Source: Candidatus Heimdallarchaeota archaeon B3_Heim (GTDB taxonomy: Archaea; Asgardarchaeota; Heimdallarchaeia; Hodarchaeales; Hodarchaeaceae). Taken from it: 31,970 bases of DNA. Below the pieces are notes generated by a model. The model was not told the origin of the DNA. It did not search any database and was given only the letters and a program-made list of their open reading frames with translations. Where the stretch lies: assembly GCA_003144275.1 (NCBI GenBank), contig NJBF01000041.1, forward strand, positions 1 through 31,970. The letters run 5' to 3'. A program made the position numbers and the translations under genes. Positions 9,505-18,853 of the stretch are shown here, piece by piece (the stretch's first letter is position 1; each line of letters starts with the position of its first letter).

Positions 9505-10500
9505 TTATTCAGCTGATTTTCCTGGGGCGTATTTTTTGCGAGACACAATATCCAAGATTCTAACGATTAGAAACATTTCGATTATACCGACACCGATTCC
9601 AAGCATCAAAATAACGACAAAGATGTATCCAATAGGATTAATTAATTCTTGGGGGTTAGAAACACCTACTACAATGCCTGCAATAAACGTGTAGATTCCT
9701 AATCCTAATGTTAACAGTAGGATCTTTCGATGAAAACCGATATTTCTTTCATCAAGTCTTTCTTGGCCAATCACAATTGAGGCCGATATGTTATTGAATT
9801 TAATATACACTTTGTTTGCTCTTTCCCAAAAGTTAGCGGGAACTGTTATGATAAAGTTAAGAACTTTCGCAATAAAACCAATTATACCACCAACTATTCC
9901 TGTTTCGCTAATTACGATCCACACTACTGCTAGGATAACACCAACAACGCCAATCCCAATGAACGTCATAATCGCATCTTGAGCTACGAAACCAACGATG
10001 TTAAGTAAGATCATTTCATAGAATATATCAAAAATAAGGTCAAGTAATCCAAATCGATCTAGAATGACCTCACCAGCAGCATTCTTCTTATCAATACCTA
10101 TTATCCATAAGATAATCTCTAGAATAAATCCAAGGAAGTGTCCAAACATCTCTATTATAGATGTAAGATTAATATCATCCAGAAAGTCACTCAAACCTGT
10201 TTGGTCAGACAACCAAACAACAGCTGCGAACAATATACCCCCAAAAAACCCAGTTAAAACAAAAAATCCCGGAACACTCTCAATAAAACTACGTTCATCG
10301 GGGTCAAGAGCCATTTCTGGGGATTTTTTAGTCCGAACAAAACGAATTGACCGTCCAAACATTCTAAAAATCCATACATAAGGATAAAAGATTAATTTCA
10401 AAAAAAACGCAAAAAAACGCCAAATTGCGCCGAATATGGCAAAGACATCCTCTTTTCCAAATCCATCACTTAAATCAAACCGATATTTTTCTTTTGACAT
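9505..10500 (-). CDS. Uncharacterised polytopic membrane protein (about 6-8 hydrophobic helices)
   Basis: 331-aa ORF with many Gly/Ile/Phe-rich hydrophobic segments; SD-like GAGGT at 10508-10512; no family recognised. Confidence 0.8.
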   Translation of the reverse strand: MSKEKYRFDLSDGFGKEDVFAIFGAIWRFFAFFLKLIFYPYVWIFRMFGRSIRFVRTKKSPEMALDPDERSFIESVPGFFVLTGFFGGILFAAVVWLSDQTGLSDFLDDINLTSIIEMFGHFLGFILEIILWIIGIDKKNAAGEVILDRFGLLDLIFDIFYEMILLNIVGFVAQDAIMTFIGIGVVGVILAVVWIVISETGIVGGIIGFIAKVLNFIITVPANFWERANKVYIKFNNISASIVIGQERLDERNIGFHRKILLLTLGLGIYTFIAGIVVGVSNPQELINPIGYIFVVILMLGIGVGIIEMFLIVRILDIVSRKKYAPGKSAE

Positions 10501-11100
10501 AGAATAAACCTCATGAGAATACTTGTATTTGTTATTTAATTGAGGAAGTCATCTTTCTTCCTCAGAATATAGTAGATATTCAACTTAATACTAAGAGAAT
10601 TTTTATAGTTTTTTGAATTTAAAAAAATGAGCTCGTACTTCGGATGAATAGTATTAGGAACTAGATTGAGATATTACGAATCTCCATAAAAACTTCCTGA
10701 GAATAGATTCTTAATAATGAACTAGAGCATATTAAACCTAGTTTACATCATTCTATAATCCTAAAACAACTTTTCACAATTTTTTTACGCCCTGAAAATA
10801 AGAAAGAATCCATTAGCCAACATAATTAAAGATTCTTAAAAAGAAATTGCAAAGAATTTACATTACATGCTAGTTTAATATTGTATTCCTCATTTAAAGA
10901 GTAATTGTTATTATACGGATAGTTTTACTAGAGAATCCTTTCGTGAGCAATAATTGGCTGATTCCCCATCTTTTTTGGAAATTATACGACAAAAGTCTAG
11001 TACTTATGAATCGCATCACTTATTATGAGTGAACTCATTATTCCACCCATATAATTGACATAAAACTCGTTTAAAGATCTTCATCTAGCGAAAGGTTACA

Positions 11101-11202
11101 TTTATAATAAAACAACAATATCTTTGACTTGCATTGAGCTAATCGAACCCGCAGATACAATTTCACTCGCTCGAGCGAAACGATATCTGTCCGGTTTATA
11201 AA
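11101..11202 (+). promoter_or_regulatory. Actin upstream region: two TATA-like boxes bracketing an imperfect inverted repeat
   Basis: TTTATAAT at 11101-11108 and TTTATAAA at 11195-11202; dyad at 11146-11196 with the palindrome TCGCTCGAGCGA at its centre. Confidence 0.5.
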
Positions 11203-11290
11203 AGGCACTCCATGAAATCGAAAAATACGGGTGCTGACCAAACATCGGTTCGAATAGCGAGAATACAACAAAAAAAAATAAGTGATAAAA

Positions 11291-12433
11291 ATGTCCCTAG
11301 CAGAAGGAATTACAGGTAAACCCCTCGTTATTGATAATGGTACTGGTTTATCAAAGAATGGTTATGCTGGTGAGGATCAACCTCGTTCAGTTTTCCCCAC
11401 TTTGATCGGGTACCCTAAATACCAATCCATTATGTCCGATGTAGACCATTATGTCCGTGAATACTATGTAGGCGAAGAAGCTATGAACCTTCGGGGTGTA
11501 CTCAAATTAATATACCCCATTGTGCACGGAGTGGTTACAGACTGGGATGCAATGGAAAAAATCTGGCACTATACGTTCCATAATGATTTACGAGTCAATC
11601 CAAGTGAGCATCCAATACTTCTTACCGAGGCCCCACTCAATCCTGGAAAAAATCGTGAAAAGATGGCAGAAATTCTCTTTGAAACCTTCAACGTTCCAGC
11701 AATGTATGTATCTATGCAGGCAGTTCTTTCTCTCTATGCTTCTGGAAGAACAACTGGATTAGTTATTGATGCTGGTGATGGTGTTATACACATTGTCCCT
11801 ATCTATGAAGGCTTCGCCATTGGCCATGCTATTACCCGTATTGATATTGCCGGTCGTGATATCACCGAGTATTTACGCCGATTATTGCGTACACGTGGTC
11901 GTGCATTAACCTCTTCCGCCGAGCGTGAAATTGTTCGTGATATCAAGGAACGTCTCTGTTATGTTGCTCTTGATCCTGAAAAGGAACTCAAGTTAGCCGA
12001 AAAAGTCTCTGGTATGGAAAAGCAATATACGCTTCCTGATGGTGAAACTTTGACTATTGGTCCTGAACGATTCTTAGCCCCTGAAGCTTTCTTCAACCCC
12101 AGTGCTATCGGAAAAGAAGAAACTCCTTTAGATGAAGCTATTTATGGATCAGTTCAACTTTGTGATATTGACCTTCGAAAAGAACTGTACCAAAACATTG
12201 TTCTATCTGGTGGATCAACCATGTTCCCTGGATTAAAAGAACGTCTTCACAAAGAACTTACCGAGCTTGTCCCTGACAATGTCGAGATTCGTATCGTTGC
12301 CCCTCCCGAACGACGTTACTCTGTTTGGATTGGTGGTTCTATTCTCTCCTCCCTAAAGACCTTCCAACGCCTTTGGGTATCTCGCAAAGAATATCAAGAA
12401 CAAGGTCCAACTGTTATCAAGAGAGCTATCTAA
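11291..12433 (+). CDS. Actin (Asgard/Lokiactin-type eukaryote-like actin)
   Basis: [92 protein letters not shown] and [15 protein letters not shown] follow eukaryotic actin almost motif for motif; ATG start at 11291. Confidence 0.97.
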   Translation: MSLAEGITGKPLVIDNGTGLSKNGYAGEDQPRSVFPTLIGYPKYQSIMSDVDHYVREYYVGEEAMNLRGVLKLIYPIVHGVVTDWDAMEKIWHYTFHNDLRVNPSEHPILLTEAPLNPGKNREKMAEILFETFNVPAMYVSMQAVLSLYASGRTTGLVIDAGDGVIHIVPIYEGFAIGHAITRIDIAGRDITEYLRRLLRTRGRALTSSAEREIVRDIKERLCYVALDPEKELKLAEKVSGMEKQYTLPDGETLTIGPERFLAPEAFFNPSAIGKEETPLDEAIYGSVQLCDIDLRKELYQNIVLSGGSTMFPGLKERLHKELTELVPDNVEIRIVAPPERRYSVWIGGSILSSLKTFQRLWVSRKEYQEQGPTVIKRAI

Positions 12434-12434
12434 A

Positions 12435-12463
12435 GAGCAATCCTTTGCTCCCCTCTTTTTTTT
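12435..12463 (+). terminator. Hairpin plus U-tract terminator of actin
   Basis: GAGCAA-TCCT-TTGCTC followed by CCCTC and T8 immediately after the stop codon. Confidence 0.65.
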
Positions 12464-12558
12464 ACTCTTCTAATATATCTTAAGACTTCTTTTATTTTTG
12501 TATCTTGGTAATTGATCCCCTCTAGTCTTTTCTACAAATCGGAAAAAGAAAGAATTGT

Positions 12559-13650
12559 TTAGGGGGAATAAGTTTGATCAAATGTATGATACATTAGTGT
12601 AATGAAATCTTCTAGTATTTGATAACACCGCACATTTTCATTCAGGAAGTTTTCAAACTTTATTTTCTCCTCATCATTCCCTGTTATTGTTTTTAGTTCA
12701 GGAATAATCTCGCAATTTATTACGGTTTTTATGTGTGTAAATACTCTTTTCTGATTAGTATATTTAGAAAGACTATATTCTGCCATATTCATTAAAGGAG
12801 AATAATATTTTTTCCTATCTCGTGGTTTTTTAACAATTTTGACACTTCTGATTCTCGTAAGTAAGGAAAGAGTTTCAGAGATGGCGGTTCGACTGGCTCC
12901 GGTAAACTCCTTGAGTTGATCCTGAGTTACAGGTTCTCGTTCTAAAAATAAACCAAAATAAATCGCCACTACATCTCTTTGTTTTCCTGAAGGAGGAATT
13001 ACTTCAAGCAATCGAGCAATGAAATCCGTTTTTATTTGATACAAACTGTCTGATTCAGGTATTATATTTGATATCTGAGAGGTGGGTTTGTTTTTTTCTA
13101 GAGATCTACTAATGTAAGGTGATATATCTGGAAATTCACCAGTTTCCAAAATATTATCTAGTTTATCATCAAGATAATTAATAATTGCTTGTACACTGAA
13201 ATAAGTTGATTTTAGGAAAACCATCAGGTTTCTAACATGTGCTATATCAGGGGTTTGAGGAGTTAGTGTCTCCAAACGAGGTAGCATCTCATCAACAAAA
13301 TCATAACTAGTTTCAGAGGCTTCTAAATTCGTTTTTGCCAAGATCTTGGTGTATTGTACAAAACTTAGGGAACTGCTGTAATATTTCTTCTTATCCCCTT
13401 TTTTCCGTGATTCTCGTACGGGATACCTACTCGAAATATCAGTTAACTCAGCCAATGTTTCGGAAACCATCGATCTACTATACCCTGTTAACAGCATAAT
13501 TTGTTCTTGTGAAAGCAATCCCCCATCCAACATCAAGGCGAATAATACTCCTTTCAAATACGGATTATACCCTAAAGATTTGTTTGCTTGGGCTATAAAG
13601 TTCAAATAGTCGTTTTTTACCTTTAAAAGAGGATCTTGATTATTGGACAT
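12559..13650 (-). CDS. Transcriptional regulator with two tandem GbsR/MarR-like winged-HTH domains
   Basis: Internal repeat: LSQEQIMLLTGYSRSMVSETL...KKGDKKKYY versus VTQDQLKEFTGASRTAISETL...KPRDRKKYY; divergent from an ABC exporter. Confidence 0.8.
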   Translation of the reverse strand: MSNNQDPLLKVKNDYLNFIAQANKSLGYNPYLKGVLFALMLDGGLLSQEQIMLLTGYSRSMVSETLAELTDISSRYPVRESRKKGDKKKYYSSSLSFVQYTKILAKTNLEASETSYDFVDEMLPRLETLTPQTPDIAHVRNLMVFLKSTYFSVQAIINYLDDKLDNILETGEFPDISPYISRSLEKNKPTSQISNIIPESDSLYQIKTDFIARLLEVIPPSGKQRDVVAIYFGLFLEREPVTQDQLKEFTGASRTAISETLSLLTRIRSVKIVKKPRDRKKYYSPLMNMAEYSLSKYTNQKRVFTHIKTVINCEIIPELKTITGNDEEKIKFENFLNENVRCYQILEDFITLMYHTFDQTYSP

Positions 13651-13760
13651 TATTATTACTCACGAGTAAATTAGGAATACACCATTTTTCCTTAGTAGAA
13701 CGTTTATGGAATTTGTTTTTAACTTTTTGGAATTTTTGTTTTTTTGAATTTTTGAATTTA

Positions 13761-13776
13761 CGAAAAGATTTATAAA
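13761..13776 (+). promoter_or_regulatory. BRE-TATA promoter of the ABC operon
   Basis: CGAAAAGA followed by TTTATAAA. Confidence 0.55.
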
Positions 13777-13890
13777 GAGTTGATTCTATGAGTAGCATGA
13801 GTTTCAAATGTTGCGTCAGTTGTGCAATCAATTTGAGAAAACACGAAACAAATACCAACTATTAAGAAAAAATAAACGGAGAAAATTAAA

Positions 13891-14829
13891 GTGACAGAAA
13901 ACATTTCTGAGACTGTTCTTCAGGTTTCAAACTTAACAAAGATTTACGGTCGTGAGATACGCCTTGGAGATCTCATAACATTTGGTCAACAAGTTAGAGG
14001 CACTTATAACGTAAGCTTTCAAGTAAAAAAAGGCGAAATTTTCGGTTTTTTGGGCCCAAACGGAGCTGGAAAAACAACCACTATGCGAGTAATATTGGAT
14101 TATTTAAAACCCAAGACTGGAAGTGTCGAAATTTTCAACTTTGATCATCGCAATGATCGGGTTGAAATCCGAAAACGAATAGGTTATGTCCCAGGAGATA
14201 TGGCTCTTTTTGAGGATTTTACGGGGGAAGAGCTCATAAAATATTTTGGCAGATTTCGGCCAATTGATCAAGAATTCCTTCAAGAACTCAAAACCCTATT
14301 CAGAGTAAAACTCCACAAAAAAATAAAGTCTTTATCTAAAGGTAATCGGCAACAAGCTGGTCTTATAGCTGTTATGGCGTCTAAACCTTCTCTTTTAATA
14401 TTAGACGAACCCACAAGTGGTCTGGACCCATTAATGACGGCAAATTTTCATAAAATATTGAAAAAACTTCAAAATGAAGGAGTTACAATATTTCTTAGTT
14501 CGCACGATTTAGCAGAGGTTCAATCCATTTGCGATCGAGTGGGAATCATCCGTAATGGTGAAATGATCCTTATAGAAGCAGTTGATGCATTGAAAGCAAA
14601 ATTTCTGCAAAATGTACTGGTCCAGTTTCTAGATGATGTGGCCCCCTCCGAAGAAGACTTCAAACAATTAACAAGTGTCCTTTCAGTTGAAAGGATTAAA
14701 TCTCATACCTACAAATTAAAAATCGGAGAAGATGTTACGCAAGTACTCAAATTTCTCTCAAATTATAATATTAAACGTTTTACATGTGAAGATGCAGATC
14801 TCGAAGAGATTTTTCTGCAATATTATTAA
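13891..14829 (+). CDS. ABC-2 type exporter ATP-binding subunit
   Basis: Walker A GPNGAGKTT, signature LSKGN, Walker B ILDEPTSGLD, H-loop SSH. Confidence 0.95.
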   Translation: MTENISETVLQVSNLTKIYGREIRLGDLITFGQQVRGTYNVSFQVKKGEIFGFLGPNGAGKTTTMRVILDYLKPKTGSVEIFNFDHRNDRVEIRKRIGYVPGDMALFEDFTGEELIKYFGRFRPIDQEFLQELKTLFRVKLHKKIKSLSKGNRQQAGLIAVMASKPSLLILDEPTSGLDPLMTANFHKILKKLQNEGVTIFLSSHDLAEVQSICDRVGIIRNGEMILIEAVDALKAKFLQNVLVQFLDDVAPSEEDFKQLTSVLSVERIKSHTYKLKIGEDVTQVLKFLSNYNIKRFTCEDADLEEIFLQYY

Positions 14830-14852
14830 TAATTAACATAATGGTGATATGA

Positions 14853-15653
14853 ATGGTCTATGTGTATTTAAAGAACTTAAAAAAATCATGGTTGACAGGA
14901 ATTGTTCCTCCATTGGTAATCATTGGATTTGTGGGAACAATTGCAATAGGGTGGCCTTCAATGCAAGAATTAATTCTGCAAAGACTTGAAACTATGGATA
15001 ATCCTATAATGAAAGCGATATTAGGTGATCTGGGACTGTCTGGATTAGGAGCGACTTGGGAAGCTGCACTCTTCATGTATGCAGGAGGAACTATGAATAT
15101 TTTGTTGCTCTTCGTTGCAATCTTCATCCCTGCGCGCTTATTGTCAACTGAGATTGATAAAAACACTTTTGATATTATGTTAAGCTTACCTATCCCTAGA
15201 TGGAGATATTTATTGGAGAAATTCAGTGTTTATCTCACATATAGTCTAATAATTCCTATTTCCATGGTAGGAATAATGTTAGGGTCAACTGCTCTTTTGG
15301 GTGAGACACTTACGACATCTCTTGTCCTTAATTATGCATTAGGATTTTTTATTCTACAATTTACATTGGGAACTATTTCATTACTCTGTGCCACAATTTT
15401 CCTAGACTCGAACAAATCTTTGGCCGCAGCAGGAATTGTAATTGGTGGTCAATATTTTCTAGATAGTATGGGGGGAATGTTAGCAGGGATAGGTAATTTT
15501 GAAGCGCTCTCCCTGTTTAATTACTTCAGTCTCGGAGCTATTCAACAAGCAGGTATGTTACCAATAGGTGAAGTAGTCATTGTTGTTTCTATTGGAGTCT
15601 TGGCTCTTATCAGTGCCCTTACAATCTTTCATAAACGAGAATTTGCATTTTAA
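14853..15653 (+). CDS. ABC-2 type exporter permease
   Basis: About 6 TM helices; EIDKNTFDIMLSLPIPRWRYLLEKF matches the ABC-2 permease motif; directly downstream of the ATPase. Confidence 0.9.
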   Translation: MVYVYLKNLKKSWLTGIVPPLVIIGFVGTIAIGWPSMQELILQRLETMDNPIMKAILGDLGLSGLGATWEAALFMYAGGTMNILLLFVAIFIPARLLSTEIDKNTFDIMLSLPIPRWRYLLEKFSVYLTYSLIIPISMVGIMLGSTALLGETLTTSLVLNYALGFFILQFTLGTISLLCATIFLDSNKSLAAAGIVIGGQYFLDSMGGMLAGIGNFEALSLFNYFSLGAIQQAGMLPIGEVVIVVSIGVLALISALTIFHKREFAF

Positions 15654-15810
15654 CGCAAATTCCTCCTTTTTTCTTTCTCTTTCAGTATCCCAACTTTCGT
15701 AATTTGCTCTTAATTACATCTTTGTTTCTAATGTTATAACATCAGAACACTCCTAATAAATGACTAAGTTCCCTGATTTATAACATATAAAGGAGAATTT
15801 AAAATATGGG

Positions 15811-17388
15811 ATGTTTGAAGCATTATTAAAGGTGATTATGATTATGGGTTCAGAGTATAGATTCGCTATTAGGGTAGCTCAACGAATAAAATCTAAAGTT
15901 GGAATTCAGAATAGTTTTCTAGTCTTGTTGATACTCACAAACTTTCTTATCTATTCTGGATTAGAATTGGGTGCCACACCTGTTTCTCCAGACCAAAAAT
16001 CTGATTCTTTCCCATCTATTGATAATAAAATCAATCTCCATACGTATTCCATTGGTGATGAAGAAAGCTTCAGCGTCTGGGATTTCTTTGAAGAAGTTCG
16101 AAAACCAGTAACTGGAACGTGTCGGGCCATTGGTGATGAAGCCTACATCTTTCTAGATAATCAGATTCCGTTAAATCAAAATTATTCCATAATCTCTGAG
16201 CTGGTTGATACCTATATGATCCCCATCTTAACCACCAATTTTGCTTCCCCTCCTGATCATGATAATAATGATCGAGTTGTTATTTTATATACAATTCTCA
16301 ACGGAGCAGGAGGGTATTTCTCACGTAATGATCCCTACGGTGGAGAAATCGTATATATTAATGGCGAAATGGGATCTCTGAGGATAGATACAGTCATTCA
16401 TGAATTACAACACCTGGTCAACTATGGGTATGACGCGCAAGAAACAATTTGGTTTAATGAAGGTTGTTCGATGTTTAGTGAATTTTTACTGGACTATGCA
16501 GAAGGATATACGGATGCTCATCAATTATATTACCCTCATGATGTCTCTCTGTTATTTTGGGATTATGATAACGCTGGTTTGGATACTGATTACAAAGCAG
16601 CATTAGCATTTATTGCCTACTTACAGGATCAATTTGGTAGTCAAAATCTATCGGATATCTATCATGCTGAAAGTGGGGGTGATAAACTTCAAAGCTCCAC
16701 GGCAATCATGCATATCCTAAACCAATATTACCCTGAATTATCCTTTGAAGAGCTGTATATGGACTTCATTTTAGCCACTATTCTCGATAACAAATATGAG
16801 GGGAATAAACGAGAGCTGTATTTTGCTGAATACGTGTCTCTACCTAGTCCGTTAAGGTTTCCTGCTGGTGGTGTTATCTCCCAAGATTATCCATACGATT
16901 CCACTTGGGAAATTCTTCCTTGGTCAACGAAAAATTACTTGTTTAGGAATTTTCCTGATCCAGAGGAAATAAATATTTCTGTCACCATTCCCGAGGATTC
17001 CCAAGACCATCTCTTTGGTGTTAATCTCATTAAAGAAAATCGATCCCTAAATTATACTGATAGCAGTTACCAATCGTACCTTTTAACTGCGGAGAATATT
17101 TCAGCTGGAATACATCTAACATTGAACGCTACAGCAGAAGAGATTGACCAATTTTACTTGACAATTAGTCACCTTGATGGAGGAGAAGGAGGATACTATG
17201 ATGACATTCCTTCCTCTGAAAGAAATGTTGAAGTTTCCCTTAAAGTAACTACAGGAGATGGAGAATCATCGACAAATACAGATACTACAAGCACGGATGG
17301 AACCGAAACTACACCTGCAGTCTCTTTCAGTTATGTTATTATCTTTGGATTGGGACTAGCGTTTCTGAGAAAACGAAAATTACGCTAG
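15811..17388 (+). CDS. Surface-anchored zincin metallopeptidase (M30/M6-like) with Ser/Thr linker and C-terminal sorting/TM segment
   Basis: HELQH at 16399-16413 plus WFNEG third-ligand motif; N-terminal hydrophobic signal; STNTDTTSTDGTETT linker, hydrophobic helix and RKRKLR tail. The true start may be at 15838 or 15844. Confidence 0.8.
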   Translation: MFEALLKVIMIMGSEYRFAIRVAQRIKSKVGIQNSFLVLLILTNFLIYSGLELGATPVSPDQKSDSFPSIDNKINLHTYSIGDEESFSVWDFFEEVRKPVTGTCRAIGDEAYIFLDNQIPLNQNYSIISELVDTYMIPILTTNFASPPDHDNNDRVVILYTILNGAGGYFSRNDPYGGEIVYINGEMGSLRIDTVIHELQHLVNYGYDAQETIWFNEGCSMFSEFLLDYAEGYTDAHQLYYPHDVSLLFWDYDNAGLDTDYKAALAFIAYLQDQFGSQNLSDIYHAESGGDKLQSSTAIMHILNQYYPELSFEELYMDFILATILDNKYEGNKRELYFAEYVSLPSPLRFPAGGVISQDYPYDSTWEILPWSTKNYLFRNFPDPEEINISVTIPEDSQDHLFGVNLIKENRSLNYTDSSYQSYLLTAENISAGIHLTLNATAEEIDQFYLTISHLDGGEGGYYDDIPSSERNVEVSLKVTTGDGESSTNTDTTSTDGTETTPAVSFSYVIIFGLGLAFLRKRKLR

Positions 17389-17395
17389 TATCACT

Positions 17396-18115
17396 TTATA
17401 ACGTGATTAAACGACTAAGCGATTGCTGATACATCATTATCAGCTCCTCGCTTAATTCCTGCTCGAGAATGAAGTTCATTCGCTGGATGGCTCGCTGTAT
17501 ACGATCGTTATCTCCCGCTTCTAGGACACGATCAAGTAACAGAATGAGCGTGGTTACACGGGTTTTGATTAACTGCTGTTCCTCTTGCTTGAGTGAGAGT
17601 ACATGATATGAATCCAGATAATGATTCAGCTGAGTTCGTATTTTTTCTCCCTGATTAATGACTTCAAGTTTTCTTTGTAGAATCTTATCGATGGCGGAGG
17701 CGATTGCGGTAATAACAGCTTCTTTATTTTCAACTGGAGCACCTTCATACGTAGCAAAATACTGCTGGAATATGGCTTGAATTTGACGAAGATCCACCCA
17801 TGAATTCTGCATAAAAAAAGCTGGTATAAGAATTGATATTAGATTAATTGTAAACCCACCCCTACTACCCTCAGAATATTCATAAAGTACGGTGGATACT
17901 GAAAACAACTCGTATTCTGGGAAGGGTATAGTAGCAATCATTTTGGAATAAGAAATATTAGTAGGGCGGCTCGAAAATACAGACATTCCACGGAGGGAAA
18001 TACTGAAAACAATTTCATCGGAAAGTTGATTAGGAGTTGAAGCAACGGGATTTGCACCACGATGCTCATCAAACTCCGTCCAAATAGCCCCACGAAGTAC
18101 CACGTAGTCTCTCAT
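17396..18115 (-). CDS. Longin/uDENN-like (NPRL2-type) domain protein with helical C-terminus
   Basis: N-terminal AIWTEFDEHRGANPVASTP fits the hydrophobic-strand-[EG]F[DH]xxxGPxxxxxxP start of uDENN/NPRL2 longin folds; also IPFP and SRGG..LISIL. Confidence 0.5.
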   Translation of the reverse strand: MRDYVVLRGAIWTEFDEHRGANPVASTPNQLSDEIVFSISLRGMSVFSSRPTNISYSKMIATIPFPEYELFSVSTVLYEYSEGSRGGFTINLISILIPAFFMQNSWVDLRQIQAIFQQYFATYEGAPVENKEAVITAIASAIDKILQRKLEVINQGEKIRTQLNHYLDSYHVLSLKQEEQQLIKTRVTTLILLLDRVLEAGDNDRIQRAIQRMNFILEQELSEELIMMYQQSLSRLITL

Positions 18116-18434
18116 TGACTATCATAACCTGAAAGCTGTCCTAAACAAAAACTTCACTCATTGAAGGAGAGAATTAATCAAATAATAAAGAACTTCTGCT
18201 CAAAAATCGAAATCGATTCGTTCTATAATAGAAAATGAGTCACTGAAACTCAATGAATTTTGAATTCCCCATTTTTGCGATCTGTTGAAATTTAATTATT
18301 ATTTAAGTCGGAGGCTTTATGCTCTAAAGTAGGAGAGTCATCCTTACAGATTAGATGTAGAAGAAATACTCACATAAAAAAGCTTGAGAATTATTATTCC
18401 CAACCTTGGGTGTAGAAAAGCACCAATTTATCAT

Positions 18435-18488
18435 TTTATTCTTGATTAATTCTGCAACAGGGGCACAAATTTTTTCAAATTTTCTATT
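18435..18488 (-). pseudogene. Relic fragment homologous to the 3' end of the adjacent ArsR gene
   Basis: Translates NRKFEKICAPVAELIKNK versus ArsR DPKIVKICELVAELINER (9/18 identical), in the same frame 30 nt past the ArsR stop. Confidence 0.45.
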
Positions 18489-18518
18489 CTATTTGAAATG
18501 TCCTTCAAGAACTCTAGG

Positions 18519-18842
18519 TTATCGTTGACGTTCATTAATTAGTTCAGCTACTAATTCACATATTTTAACGATTTTTGGATCTGCTAGTGAATAGAAGACT
18601 TCATTCCCGTCTCTTTTAGAATTTACCGCTTCCTTCTCTCGTAATACTCGTAAATGCTGAGAAATGAATGGTTGAGGTTTATTAGTTGCTTCCATGAGTT
18701 CTCTGACATTTTTCCTTCCTTCAACAAGCAAACGGAGTATTTTCAAACGAAAGGGGTGAGTTAAAGACTGACATAACTCTGCTTGTGCCTTTAAAGAGCT
18801 CTTTTCTTCTTCCAGGGAAGAGCTACTTACTTTATTCTTCAT
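18519..18842 (-). CDS. ArsR/SmtB family transcriptional regulator
   Basis: SLTHPFRLKILRLL, HTH with ISQHLRVLRE, wing RDGNEVFYSL. Confidence 0.93.
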   Translation of the reverse strand: MKNKVSSSSLEEEKSSLKAQAELCQSLTHPFRLKILRLLVEGRKNVRELMEATNKPQPFISQHLRVLREKEAVNSKRDGNEVFYSLADPKIVKICELVAELINERQR

Positions 18843-18853
18843 TTACACTCACG

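Noticed and set aside
10565-11100. Long AT-rich intergenic stretch as a replication origin or hidden gene
   Set aside because: No cdc6/orc1 neighbour, no recognisable repeated ORB boxes and no credible ORF. Small hairpins (10541-10564, 10565-10581) are within chance expectation.
11247-11255. GGTTCGAAT, resembling a tRNA T-loop
   Set aside because: The flanks cannot form the 5-bp T stem, and no acceptor, D or anticodon arms are present.
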